Source: Eledone cirrhosa (lineage: Eukaryota). Taken from it: DNA of 64,000 nucleotides. The notes under the pieces are model-generated. The model saw nothing but the letters and a program-made list of their open reading frames with translations, did no database searches and was not told where the DNA came from. The stretch lies in NCBI GenBank assembly GCA_964016885.1, contig OZ024742.1:344782001-344846000 (forward strand), in the 5' to 3' direction. Shown piece by piece: positions 41,486 to 53,600 of the stretch; positions within the stretch are counted from its first letter, which is position 1; every line of letters begins with the position of its first letter. The translations under genes and the position numbers were made by a program.

Positions 41486-44400
41486 AGACTTTCAGGAAGC
41501 TAGGGAACCCTGGTATACTTCTTAATACTGTTAGTAGACTTCCAGGAAGCTAGGAAACCATGGTATACTTGTTAATACTGTTATTAGACTTCCAGGAAGT
41601 TAGGGAACCCTGGTATACATTTTAATACTGTTAGTAGATTTCCAGAAAGTTAGGGAACCCTGGTATACTTGTTAATACTGTTAGTAGACTTCCAGGAAGT
41701 TAGGGAATTCTCCTGGTATACTTGTTAATTCTGTTAGTAGACTTTCAGAAGGTAGGGAACCATGGTATACATGTTAATACTGTTAGTAGACTTTCAGGAA
41801 GCTAGGGAACCCTGGTATACTTGTTAATACTGTTAGTAGACTTCCAGGAAGCTAGGAAACCCTGGTAAACTTGTTAATACTGTTAGTAGATTTCCAGGAT
41901 GTTAGGGAACCCTGGTATACTTGTTAATACTCTTAGTAGAATTCCAGGAATGTACGGAACCCTGGTATACTTTTTAATACTGTTAATAGACTTCCAGGAA
42001 GTTAGGGAAGCCTGGTATACTTGTTAATACTGTTAGTAGATCTCCAGGAAGTTGGGGAGCCCTGGTATACTTGTTAATACTGTTACTAGACTTTCAGGAA
42101 GGTAGGGAACCCTGGTATACTTGTTAATACTGTTAGTAGACTTTCAGGAAGTTAGGGAGCCCTGGTATACTTGTTAATACTGTTAGTAGACTTTCAGGAA
42201 GGTAGGGAACTATGGTATACTTGTTAATACTGTTAGTAGACTTCCAGGAAGCTGGGAAACCCTGGTATACTTGTTAATACTGTTAGTAGACTTCCAGGAA
42301 GTTAGGGAACCCTGGTATACTTGTTAATACTGTTAGTAGATTTCCAGAAAGTTAGGCAACCATGGTATACTTGTTAATATTGTTAGTAGACTTTCTGGAA
42401 GCTAGGGAACCCTGGTATACTTGTTAATACTGTTAGTAAACATTCAGGAAGCTAGGGAACCCTGGTATACTTGTTAATACTGTTAGTAGACTTCCAGGAA
42501 GGTAGGGAACCCTGGTATACTTGTTAATACTGTTAGTAGACTTCCATGAAGGTAGGGAACCCTGGTATACTTGTTAATACTGATAGTAGACTTCCAGGAA
42601 TCTAGGGAACCCTGGTATACTTGTTAATACTGTTAGTAGATTTCCAGGAAGTTAGGGAACCATGGTATACTTGTTAATACTGTTAGTAGACTTTCAGGAC
42701 GCTAGGGAAACATGGTATACTTGTTAAACTGTTAGTAGACTTCCAGGAAGATAGGGAACCCTGGTATACTTGTTAATACTGTTAGTAGACTTCCAGGAAG
42801 TTAGGGAACTATGGTATACTTGTTAATAGTGTTAGTAGACTTCCAGGAAGTTGGGGAACAATGGTATACTTGTTAATACTGTTAGTAGACTTCCAGGAAT
42901 TTGGGGAACCCTGGTATACTTGTTAATACTGTTAGTAGACTTCCTGGAAGTTAGGGAACCATGGTATACTTGTTAATATTGTTAGTAGACTTCCAGGAAG
43001 CTAGGGAACACTGGTATACTTGTTAATACTGTTAGAAGACTTCCATGAAGTTAGGGAACCCTGGTATACTTGTTAATACTGTTAGTAGATTTCCAGAGAG
43101 TTAGGGATCCATGGTATACTTGTTAATATTGTTAGTAGACTTTCTGGAAGCTAGGGAACACTGGTATACTTGTTAATACTGTTAGTAGACTTTCAGGAAG
43201 CTAGGGAACACGGGTAAACTTGTTAATACTGTTAGTAGACTTCCAGGAAGTTAGGGAACCCTGGTATATTTGTTAATACTGTTAGTAGATTTCCAGGAAG
43301 TTAGGGAACCATGGTATACTTGTTAATACTGTTAGTAGACTTCCAGGAAGTTCGGGAACCCTGGTATACTTGTTAATACTGTTAGTAGATTTCCAGGATG
43401 TTAGGGAACCTTGGTATACTTGTTAATACTGTTAGTAGACTTCCAGGAAGTTAGGGAACACTGGTATACTTGTTAATACTGCTAGTAGAATTCCAGGAAC
43501 CTTGGGAACCCTGGTATACTTGTTAATACTGTTAGTAGATTTCCAGGAAGCTAGGGAACCCTTGTATACTTTTTTAATACTGTTAGTAGACTTCCAGGAA
43601 GTTAGGGAACCCTGGTATACTTGTTAATACTGTTAGTAGATCTCCAGGAAGTTGGGGAGCCCTGGTATACTTGTTAATACGGTTACTAGACTTTCAGGAA
43701 GGTAGGGAACCCTGGTATACTTGTTAATACTGTTAGTAGACTTTCAGGAAGTTGGGGAGCCCTGGTATACTTGTTAATACTGTTAGTAGACTTCCACGAA
43801 GCTGGGGAACCCTGGTATACTTGTTAATACTGTTAGTAGACTTCCAGCAAAGTAGGGAACCCTGGTATACTTGTTAATACTGTTACTAGACTTTCAGGAA
43901 GGTAGGGAACACTGGTATACTTGTTAATACTGTTAGTAGACTTTCAGGAAGTTAGGGAGCCCTGGTATACTTGTTAATACTCTTAGTAAACTTTCAGGAA
44001 GGTAGGGAACTATGTTATACTTGTTAATACTGTTAGTAGACTTCCATGAAGCTGGGGAACCCTGGTATACTTGTTAATACTGTTAGTAGACTTCCAGGAA
44101 GTTAGGGAACCCTGGTATACTTGTTAATACTGTTAGTAGATTTCAGAAAGTTACGCAACCATGGTATACTTGTTAATACTGTTAGTAGACTTTCAGGAAG
44201 CTAGGGAACCCTGGTATACTTATTAATACAGTTAGTAGACTTTTCAGGAAGCTAGGGAACCCTGGTATACTTGTTAATACTGTTAGTAGACTTCCAGGAA
44301 GGTAGGGAACCCTGGTATACTTGTTAATACTGTTAGTAGACTTCCAGGAATTTGGTGAACCATGGTATACTTGTTAATAGTGTTAGTAGACTTCCAGGAA

Positions 44401-44699
44401 GTTGGTGAACCATGGTATACTTGTTAATACTGTTAGTAGACTTCCAGGAAGTTAGGGAACCATGGTATACTTGATAATACTGTTAGTAGACTTTCAGGAC
44501 GCTAGGGAAACATGGTATACTTGTTAAACTGTTAGTAGACTTCCAGGAAGATAGGGAACCCTGGTATACTTGTTAATACTGTTAGTAGACTTCCAGGAAG
44601 TTAGGGAACCATGGTATACTTGTTAATAGTGTTAGTAGACTTCCAGGAAGTTGGTGAACCATGGTATACTTGTTAATACTGTTAGTAGACTTCCAGGAA

Positions 44700-47600
44700 T
44701 TTGGAGAACCCTGGTATACTTGTTAATACTGTTAGTAGATTTCCAGGAAGTTAGGGAATCCTGGTATACATGTTAATACGGTAAGTAGAGTTCCAAGAAG
44801 TTAGGGAACCCTGGTATACTTGTTAATTCTGTTAGTAGACTTTCAGGAAGGTAGGGAACCATGGTATACTTGTTAATACTGTTAGTAGATTTCCAGGAAG
44901 TTAGGGAACCCTGGTATACTTGTTAATACTGTTAGTAGATTTCCAGGAATCTTGGGAGCCCTGGTATACTTGTTAATACTGTTAGTAGATTTCCAGAAAG
45001 CTAGGGAACCCTTGTATAATTTTTAATACTGTTAGTAGACTTCCAGGAAGTTAGGGAACCCTGGTATACTTGTTAATACTGTTAGTAGATCTCCAGGAAG
45101 TTGGGGAGCCCTGGTATACTTGTTAATACTGTTACTAGACTTTCAGGAAGGTAGGGAACACTGGTATACTTGTTAATACTGTTAGTAGACTTTCAGGAAG
45201 TTAGGGAGCCCTGGTATACTTGTTAATAATGTTAGTAGACTTCCAGGAAGGTAGGGAACAATGGTATACTTATTAATACTGTTAGTAGACTTTCAGGAAG
45301 CTAGGGAACCCTGGTATACTTGTTAATAATGTTAGTAGACTTCCAGGAAGCTGGGGGAACCCTGGTATACATGTTAATACTGTTAGTAGACTTCCAGGAA
45401 AGTAGGGAACCCTGGTATACTTGTTAATACTCTTAGTAGACTTCCAGGAAGGTAGGGAACCATGGTAAACTTGTTAATACTGTTATTAGACTTCCTGGAA
45501 TTTAGGGAACCCTGGTATACTTGTTAATATTGTTAGTAGTCTTCCAGAAAGCTAGGGAACCCTGGTATACTTGTTAATACTGTTAGAAGACTTCCACGAA
45601 GTTAGGGAACTCTGGTATACTTGTTAATACTGTTAGTAGATTTCCAGGAAGTTAGGGAACCATGTTATACTTGTTAATATTGTTAGTAGACTTTCAGGAA
45701 GCTAGGGAACCCTGGTATACTTGTTAATACTGTTAGTAGACTTTCAGGAAGCTAGGGAACACGGGTAAATTTGTTAATACTGTTAGAAGACTTCCAGGAA
45801 GTTAGGGAACCCTGGTATACATGTTAATACTGTTAGTAGAGTTCCAAGAAGTTTGGAAACGCTGGTATACTTGTTAATTCTGTTAGTAGACTTTCAGAAA
45901 GGTAGGGTACCATGGTATACTTGTTAATACTGTTAGTAGACTTTCAGGAAGCTAGGGAACCCTGGTATACTTGTTAATACTGTTAGTAGACTTCCACGAA
46001 GTTAGGGAACCCTGGTATACTTGTTAATACTGTTAGTAGATTTCCAGGAAGTTAGGTAACCATGGTATACTTGTTAATATTGTTAGTAGACTTTCAGGAA
46101 GCTAGGGAACCCTGGTATACTTGTTAATACTGTTAGTAGACTTTCAGGAAGCTAGGGAACCCTGGTATACTTCTTAATACTGTTAGTAGATTTCGAGGAA
46201 GTTAGGGAACCCTGGTATACATGTTAATACTGTTAGTAGGGTTCCAAGAAGTTAGGGAACCCTGGTATACTTGTTAATTCTGTGAGTAGACTTTCAGGAA
46301 GGCAGGGAATCATGGTATACTTGTTAATACTGTTAGTAGACTTCCAGGAAGCTAGGAAACCCTGGTAAACTTGTTAATACTGTTAGTAGATTTCTAGGAT
46401 GTTAGGGAACCCTGGTATACTTGTTAATACTGATAGTAGACTTCCAGGAAGTTAGGGAACCCTGGTATACTTGTTAATAATGTTAGTAGAATTCCAGGAA
46501 TCTTGGGAACCCTGGTATAATTGTTAATACTGTTAGTAGATTTCCAGGAAGCTAGGGAACCCTTGTATAATTTTTAATACTGTTAGTAGACTTCCAGGAA
46601 GTTAGGGAACCCTGGTATACTTGTTAATACTGTTAGTTGATCTCCAGGAAGTTAGGGAGCCCTGGTATACTTGTTAATACTGTTAGTAGACTTCCAGGAA
46701 GGTAGGGAACAAGCGTATACTTATTAATACTGTTAGTAGACTTTCAGGAAGCTAGGGAACCCTGGTATACTTGTTAATAATGTTAGTAGACTTCCAGGAA
46801 GCTGGGGAACCCTGGTATACTTGTTAATATTGTTAGTAGACTTCCAGGAAAGTAGGGAACCCTGGTATACTTGTTAATACTGTTAGTAGACTTTCAGGAA
46901 GCTAGGGTACCCTGGTATACTTGTCAATACTGTTAGTATACTTTCAGGAAGTTAGGGAGCCCTGGTATACTTGTTAATATTGTTAGTAGACTTCCAGGAA
47001 GGTAGGGAACCATGGTATACTTGTTAATACTGTTAGTAGACTTTCAGGAAGTTAGGGAACCCTGGTATACTTGTTAAAAATGTTAGTAGACTTCCAGGAA
47101 GATGGGGATCCCTGGTATACTTGTTAATACTGATAGTAGACTTCCAGGAAGTTAGGGAGCCCTGGTATACTTGTTAATATTGTTAGTAGACTTTCAGGAA
47201 GCTAGGATACCCTGGTATACTTGTTAATACTGTTAGTATACTTTCAGGAAGTTAGGGAGCCCTGGCATACTTTTTAATACTGTTAGTAGACTTTCAGGAA
47301 GGTAGGGAACCATGGTATACTTGTAAATACTGTTAGTAGACTTCCAGGAAGCTAGGGAACCCTGGTATACTTGTTAATACTGTTAGTAGACTTCCAGGAA
47401 GCTAGGAAACCCTGGTAAACTTGTTAATACTGTTACTCGATTTCCAGGATGTTAGGGAACCCTGGTATAATTGTTAATACTGTTCGTAGACTTCCAAGAA
47501 GTTAGGGAACCCTGGTATACTTGTTAATACTGTTAGTAGAATTCCAGGAATCTTGGAAACCCTGGTATACTTGTTAATACTGTTAGTAGATTTCCAGGAA

Positions 47601-50600
47601 GCTAGGGAACCCTTGTATAAATTTTAATACTGTTAGTAGACTTCCAGGAAGTTAGGGAACCCTGGTATACTAGTTAATACTGTTAGTAGACTTCCAGGAA
47701 GGTAGGGAACAATGGTATACTTATTAATACTGTTAGTAGACTTTCAGGAAGCTAGGGAACCCTGGTATACTTGTTAATAATGTTAGTAGACTTCCAGTAA
47801 AGTAGGGAACCCTGGTATACTTGTTAATACTGTTAGTAGAATTCCAGGAATCTTGGAAACCCTGGTATACTTGTTAATACTGTTAGTAGATTTCCAGGAA
47901 GCTAGGGAACCCTTGTATAAATTTTAATATTGTTAGTAGACTTCCAGGAAGTTAGGGAACCCTGGTATACTTGTTAATACTGTTAGTAGACTTCCAGGAA
48001 GTTAGGGAACCCTTGTATACTTGTTAATACTGTTAGTAGATTTCCAGGAAGTTAGGTAACCATGGTATACTTGTTAATATTGTTAGTAGACTTCAGGAAG
48101 CTAGGGAACCCTGGTATACATGTTAATACTGTTAGTAGACTTTCAGGAAGCTAGGGAACACGGGTAAATTTGTTAATACTGTTAGTAGACTTCCAGGAAG
48201 TTAGGGAACCCTGGTATACATGTTAATACTGTTAGTAGAGTTCCAAGAAGTTTGGGAACCCTGGTATACTTGTTAATTCTGTTAGTAGACTTTCAGGAAC
48301 GTAGGGAACCATGGTATACTTGTTAATACTGTTAGTAGACTTTCAGGAAGCTAGGGAACCCTGGTATACTTGTTAATACTCTTAGTAGACTTCCACGAAG
48401 TTAGGGAACCCTGGTATACTTGTTAATACTGTTAGTAGATTTCCAGGAAGTTAGGGAACCATGGTATACTTGTTAATATTGTTAGTAGACTTTCAGGAAG
48501 CTAGGGAACCCTGGTATACTTGTTAATACTGTTAGTAGACTTTCAGGAAGCTAGGGAACCCTGGTATACATCTTAATACTGTTAGTAGATTTCCAGGAAG
48601 TTAGGGAACCCTGCTATACATGTTAATACTGTTAGTAGAGTTCCAAGAAGTTAGGTAACCCTGGTATACTTGTTAATTCTGTTAGTAGACTTTCACGAAG
48701 GTAGGGAACCATGCTATACTTGTTAATACTGTTAGTAGACTTCCAGGAAGCTAGCAAACCCTGGTAAACTTGTCAATACTGTTAGTAGATTTCCAGGACG
48801 TTAGGGAACCCTGGTATACTTGTTAATACTGATAGTAGACTTCCAGGAATTTAGGGAACCCTGGTATACTTGTTAATACTGTTAGTAGAAATCCAGGAAT
48901 TTTGGGAACCCTGGTATACTTGTTAATACTGTTAGTAGATTTCCAGGAAGTTAGGGAACCCTGGTATAGTTGTTAATAATGTTAGTAGATCTCCAGGAAG
49001 TTGGGGAGACCTGGTATACTTGTTAATACTGTTACTAGACTTTCAGGAAGGTAGGGAACCCTGGTATACTTGTTAATACTGTTAGTAGACTTTCAGGAAG
49101 TTAGGGAGCCCTGGTATACTTGTTAATACTGTTAGTAGACATCCAGGAAGGTAGGGAACAATGGTATACTTATTAATACTGTTAGTAGACTTTCAGGAAG
49201 CTAGGGAACCCTGGTATACTTGTTAATAATGTTAGTAGACTTCCAGGAAGCTGGGGAACCCTGGTATACTTGTTAATACTGTTAGTAGACTTCCAGGAAA
49301 GTAGGGAACCCTGGTATACTTGTTATTACTGTTAGTAGACTTCCAGGAAGGTAGGTAATCATGGTATACTTGGTAATACTGTTAGTAGACTTTCAGGAAG
49401 TTAGGGAACCCTGGTATACTTGTTACTACTGTTAGTAGACTTCCAGGAAGATGGGGATCCCTGGTATACTTGTTAATACTGATAGTAGACTTCCAGGAAG
49501 TTAGGGAGCCCTGGTATACTTGTTAATATTGTTAGTAGACTTCCAGGAAGCTAGGGAACCCTGGTATACATGTTAATACTGTTAGTAGACTTCCAGGAAG
49601 TTAGGGAACCCTGGTATACTTGTTAATACTGTTAGTAGATTTCCAGGAAGTTAGGGAACTATGGTATACTTGTTACTATTGTTAGTAGACTTTCAGGAAG
49701 CTAGGGAACCCTGGTATACTTGTTAATACTGTTAGTAGACTTTCAGGAAGCTAGGGAACCCTGGTATACTTCTTAATACTGTTAGTAGATTTCCAGGAAG
49801 TTAGGGAACCGTGGTATACATGTTAATACTGTTAGTAGAGTTCCAAGAAGTTAGGGAACCCTGGTATACATGTTAATACTGTTAGTAGAATTCCAGGAAT
49901 CTTGGGAACCCTTGTATACTTGTTAATACTGTTGGTAGATTTCCAGGAAGCTAGGGTACCCTTGTATAATTTTTAATACTGTTAGTAGACTTCCAGGAAG
50001 TTAGGGAACCCGTGTATACTTGCTAATACTGTTAGTAGATCTCCAGGAAGTTGGGGAGCCCTGGTATACATGTTATTACTGTTACTAGACTTTCAGGAAG
50101 GTAGGGAACCCTGGTATACTTGTTAATACTGTTAGTAGACTTTCGGGAAGTTAGGGAGCCCTGGTATACTTGTTAATACTGCTAGTAGACTTCCAGGAAG
50201 GTAGGGAACAATGGTATACTTATTAATACTGCTAGTAGACTTTCAGGAAGTTAGGGAACCCTGGTATACTTGTTAATAATGTTAGTAGACTTCCAGGAAG
50301 CTGGGGAACCCTGGTATACTTGTTAATACTGTTAGTAGACTTCCAGGAAAGTAGGGAACCCTGGTATACTTGTTAATACTGTTAGTAGACTTCCAGGAAG
50401 GTAGGGAACCATGGTATACTTGTTAATACTGTTAGTAGACTTTCAGGAAGTTAGGGAACCCTGGTATACTTGTTAATACTGTTAGTAGACTTCCAGGAAG
50501 ATGGGGATCCCTGGTATACTTGTTAATATTGATAGTAGACTTCCAGGAAGTTAGGGAGCCCTGGTATACTTGTTAATATTGTTAGTAGACTTCCAGGAAG

Positions 50601-53600
50601 CTAGGGAACCCTGGTATACATGTTAATATTGTTAGTAGACTTCCAGGAAGTTAGGGAACCCTGGTATACTTGTTAATACTGTTAGTAGATTTCCAGGAAG
50701 TTAGGGAACTATGGTATACTTGTTACTATTGTTAGTAGACTTTCAGGAAGCTAGGGAACCCTGGTATACTTGTTAATACTGTTAGTAGACTTTCAGGAAG
50801 CTAGGGAACCCTGGTATACTTGTTAATACTGTTAGTAGACTTTCAGGAAGTTAGGGAGCCCTGGTATACTTGTTAATACTGTTAGTAGACTTTCAGGAAG
50901 CTAGGGTACCCTGGTATACTTGTTAATACTGTTAGTATACTTTCAGGAAGTTAGGGAGCCCTGGTATACTTGTTAATATTGTTAGTAGACTTCCAGGAAG
51001 GTAGGGAACCATGGTATACTTGTTAATACTGTTAGTAGACATTCCGGAAGTTAGGGAACCCTGGTATACTTGTTAATAATGTTAGTAGACTTCCAGGAAG
51101 ATGGGGATCCCTGGTATACTTATTAATACTGATAGTAGACTTCCAGGAAGTTAGGGAGCCCTGGTATACTTGTTAATATTGTTAGTAGACTTTCAGGAAG
51201 CTAGGGTACCCTGGTATACTTGTTAATACTGTTAGTATACTTTCAGGAAGTTAGGGAGCCCTGGTATACTTGTTAATACTGTTAGTAGACTTCCAGGAAG
51301 TTAGGGAACCCAGGTATACTTGTTAATACTGTTAGTAGACATCCAGGAAGTTAGGCAACCCTGGTATACTTGTTAATACAGTTAGTTGACTTCCAGGAAG
51401 TTAGGGAACCCTGGTATACTTGTTAATAGTGTTAGTAGACTTTCAGGAAGGTAGGAAACCATGGTATACTTGTAAATACTGTTAGTAGACTTCCAGGAAG
51501 CTAGGGAACCCTGGTATACTTGTTAATACTGTTAGTAGACTTCCAGGAAGCTAGGAAACCCTGGTAAACTTGTTAATACTGTTAGTCGATTTCCAGGATG
51601 TTAGGGAACCCTGGTATATTTGTTAATACTGTTCGTAGACTTCCAAGAAGTTAGGGAACCCTGGTATACTTGTTAATACTGTTAGTAGAATTCCAGGAAT
51701 CTTGGAAACCCTGGTATACTTGTTAATACTGTTAGTAGATTTCCAGGAAGCTAGGGAACCCTTGTATAAATTTTAATACTGTTAGTAGACTTCCAGGAAG
51801 TTAGGGAACCCTGGTATACGTGTTAATACTGTTAGTAGACTTCCAGGAAGGTAGGGAACAATGGTATACTTATTAATACTGTTAGTAGACTTTCAGGAAG
51901 CTAGGGAACCCAGGTATACTTGTTAATAATGTTAGTAGATTTCCAGGAAGCTGGGGAACCCTGGTATACTTGTTAATACTGTTAGTAGACTTCAGGAAGC
52001 TAGGGAACCCTGGTATACATGTTAATACTGTTAGTAGACTTTCAGGAAGCTAGGGAACACGGGTAAATTTGTTAATACTGTTAGTAGACTTCCAGGAAGT
52101 TAGGGAACCCTGGTATACATGTTAATACTGTTAGTAGAGTTCCAAGAAGTTTGGGAACCCTGGTATACTTGTTAATTCTGTTAGTAGACTTCCAGGAAGT
52201 TAGGGAACCCTGGTATACATGTTAATACTGTTAGTAGAGTTCCAAGAAGTTTGGGAACCCTGGTATACTTGTTAATTCTGTTAGTAGACTTTCAGGAACG
52301 TAGGGAACCATGGTATACTTGTTAATACTGTTAGTAGACTTTCAGGAAGCTAGGGAACCCTGGTATACTTGTTAATACTCTTAGTAGACTTCCACGAAGT
52401 TAGGGAACCCTGGTATACTTGTTAATACTGTTAGTAGATTTCCAGGAAGTTAGGGAACCATGGTATACTTGTTAATATTGTTAGTAGACTTTCAGGAAGC
52501 TAGGGAACCCTGGTATACTTGTTAATACTGTTAGTAGACTTTCAGGAAGCTAGGAAACCCTGGTATACATCTTAATACTGTTAGTAGATTTCCAGGAAGT
52601 TAGGGAACCCTGCTATACATGTTAATACTGTTAGTAGAGTTCCAAGAAGTTAGGGAACCCTGGTATACTTGTTAATTCTGTTAGTAGACTTTCAGGAAGG
52701 TAAGGAACCATGCTATACTTGTTGATACTGTTAGTAGACTTCCAGGAAGCTAGCAAACCCTGGTAAACTTGTCAATACTGTTAGTAGATTTCCAGGACGT
52801 TAGGGAACCCTGGTATACTTGTTAATACTGATAGTAGACTTCCAGGAAGTTAGGGAACCCTGGTATACTTGTTAATACTGTTAGTAGAAATCCAGGAATC
52901 TTGGGAACCCTGGTATACTTGTTAATACTGTTAGTAGATTTCCAGGAAGTTAGGGAACCCTGGTATAGTTGTTAATAATGTTAGTAGATCTCCAGGAAGT
53001 TGGGGAGACCTGGTATACTTGTTAATACTGTTACTAGACTTTCAGGAAGGTAGGGAACCCTGGTATACTTGTTAATACTGTTAGTAGACTTCCAGGAAGA
53101 TGGGGATCCCTGGTATACTTGTTAATACTGATAGTAGACTTCCAGGAAGTTAGGGAGCCCTGGTATACTTGTTAATATTGTTAGTAGACTTCCAGGAAAC
53201 TAGGGAACCCTGGTATACATGTTAATACTGTTAGTAGACTTCCAGGAAGTTAGGGAACCCTGGTATACTTGTTAATACTGTTAGTAGATTTCCAGGAAGT
53301 TAGGTAACCATGGTATACTTGGTAATACTGTTAGTAGACTTTCAGGAAGTTAGGGAACCCTGGTATACTTGTTACTACTGTTAGTAGACTTCCAGGAAGA
53401 TGGGGATCCCTGGTATACTTGTTAATACTGATAGTAGACTTCCAGGAAGTTAGGGAGCCCTGGTATACTTGTTAATATTGTTAGTAGACTTCCAGGAAGC
53501 TAGGGAACCCTGGTATACATGTTAATACTGTTAGTAGACTTCCAGGAAGTTAGGGAACCCTGGTATACTTGTTAATACTGTTAGTAGATTTCCAGGAAGT

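Larger units (their letters stand above)
15950..44700 (+). repeat. Middle sub-domain marked by a 53-bp insertion monomer (GGGAATTCTCCTGG) and TTACGCAACC monomers
   Basis: GGGAATTCTCC seen ten times, only between 15951 and 41703. TTACGCAACC seen from ~21050 to ~44155. Contains the most nearly identical duplications. Confidence 0.8.
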
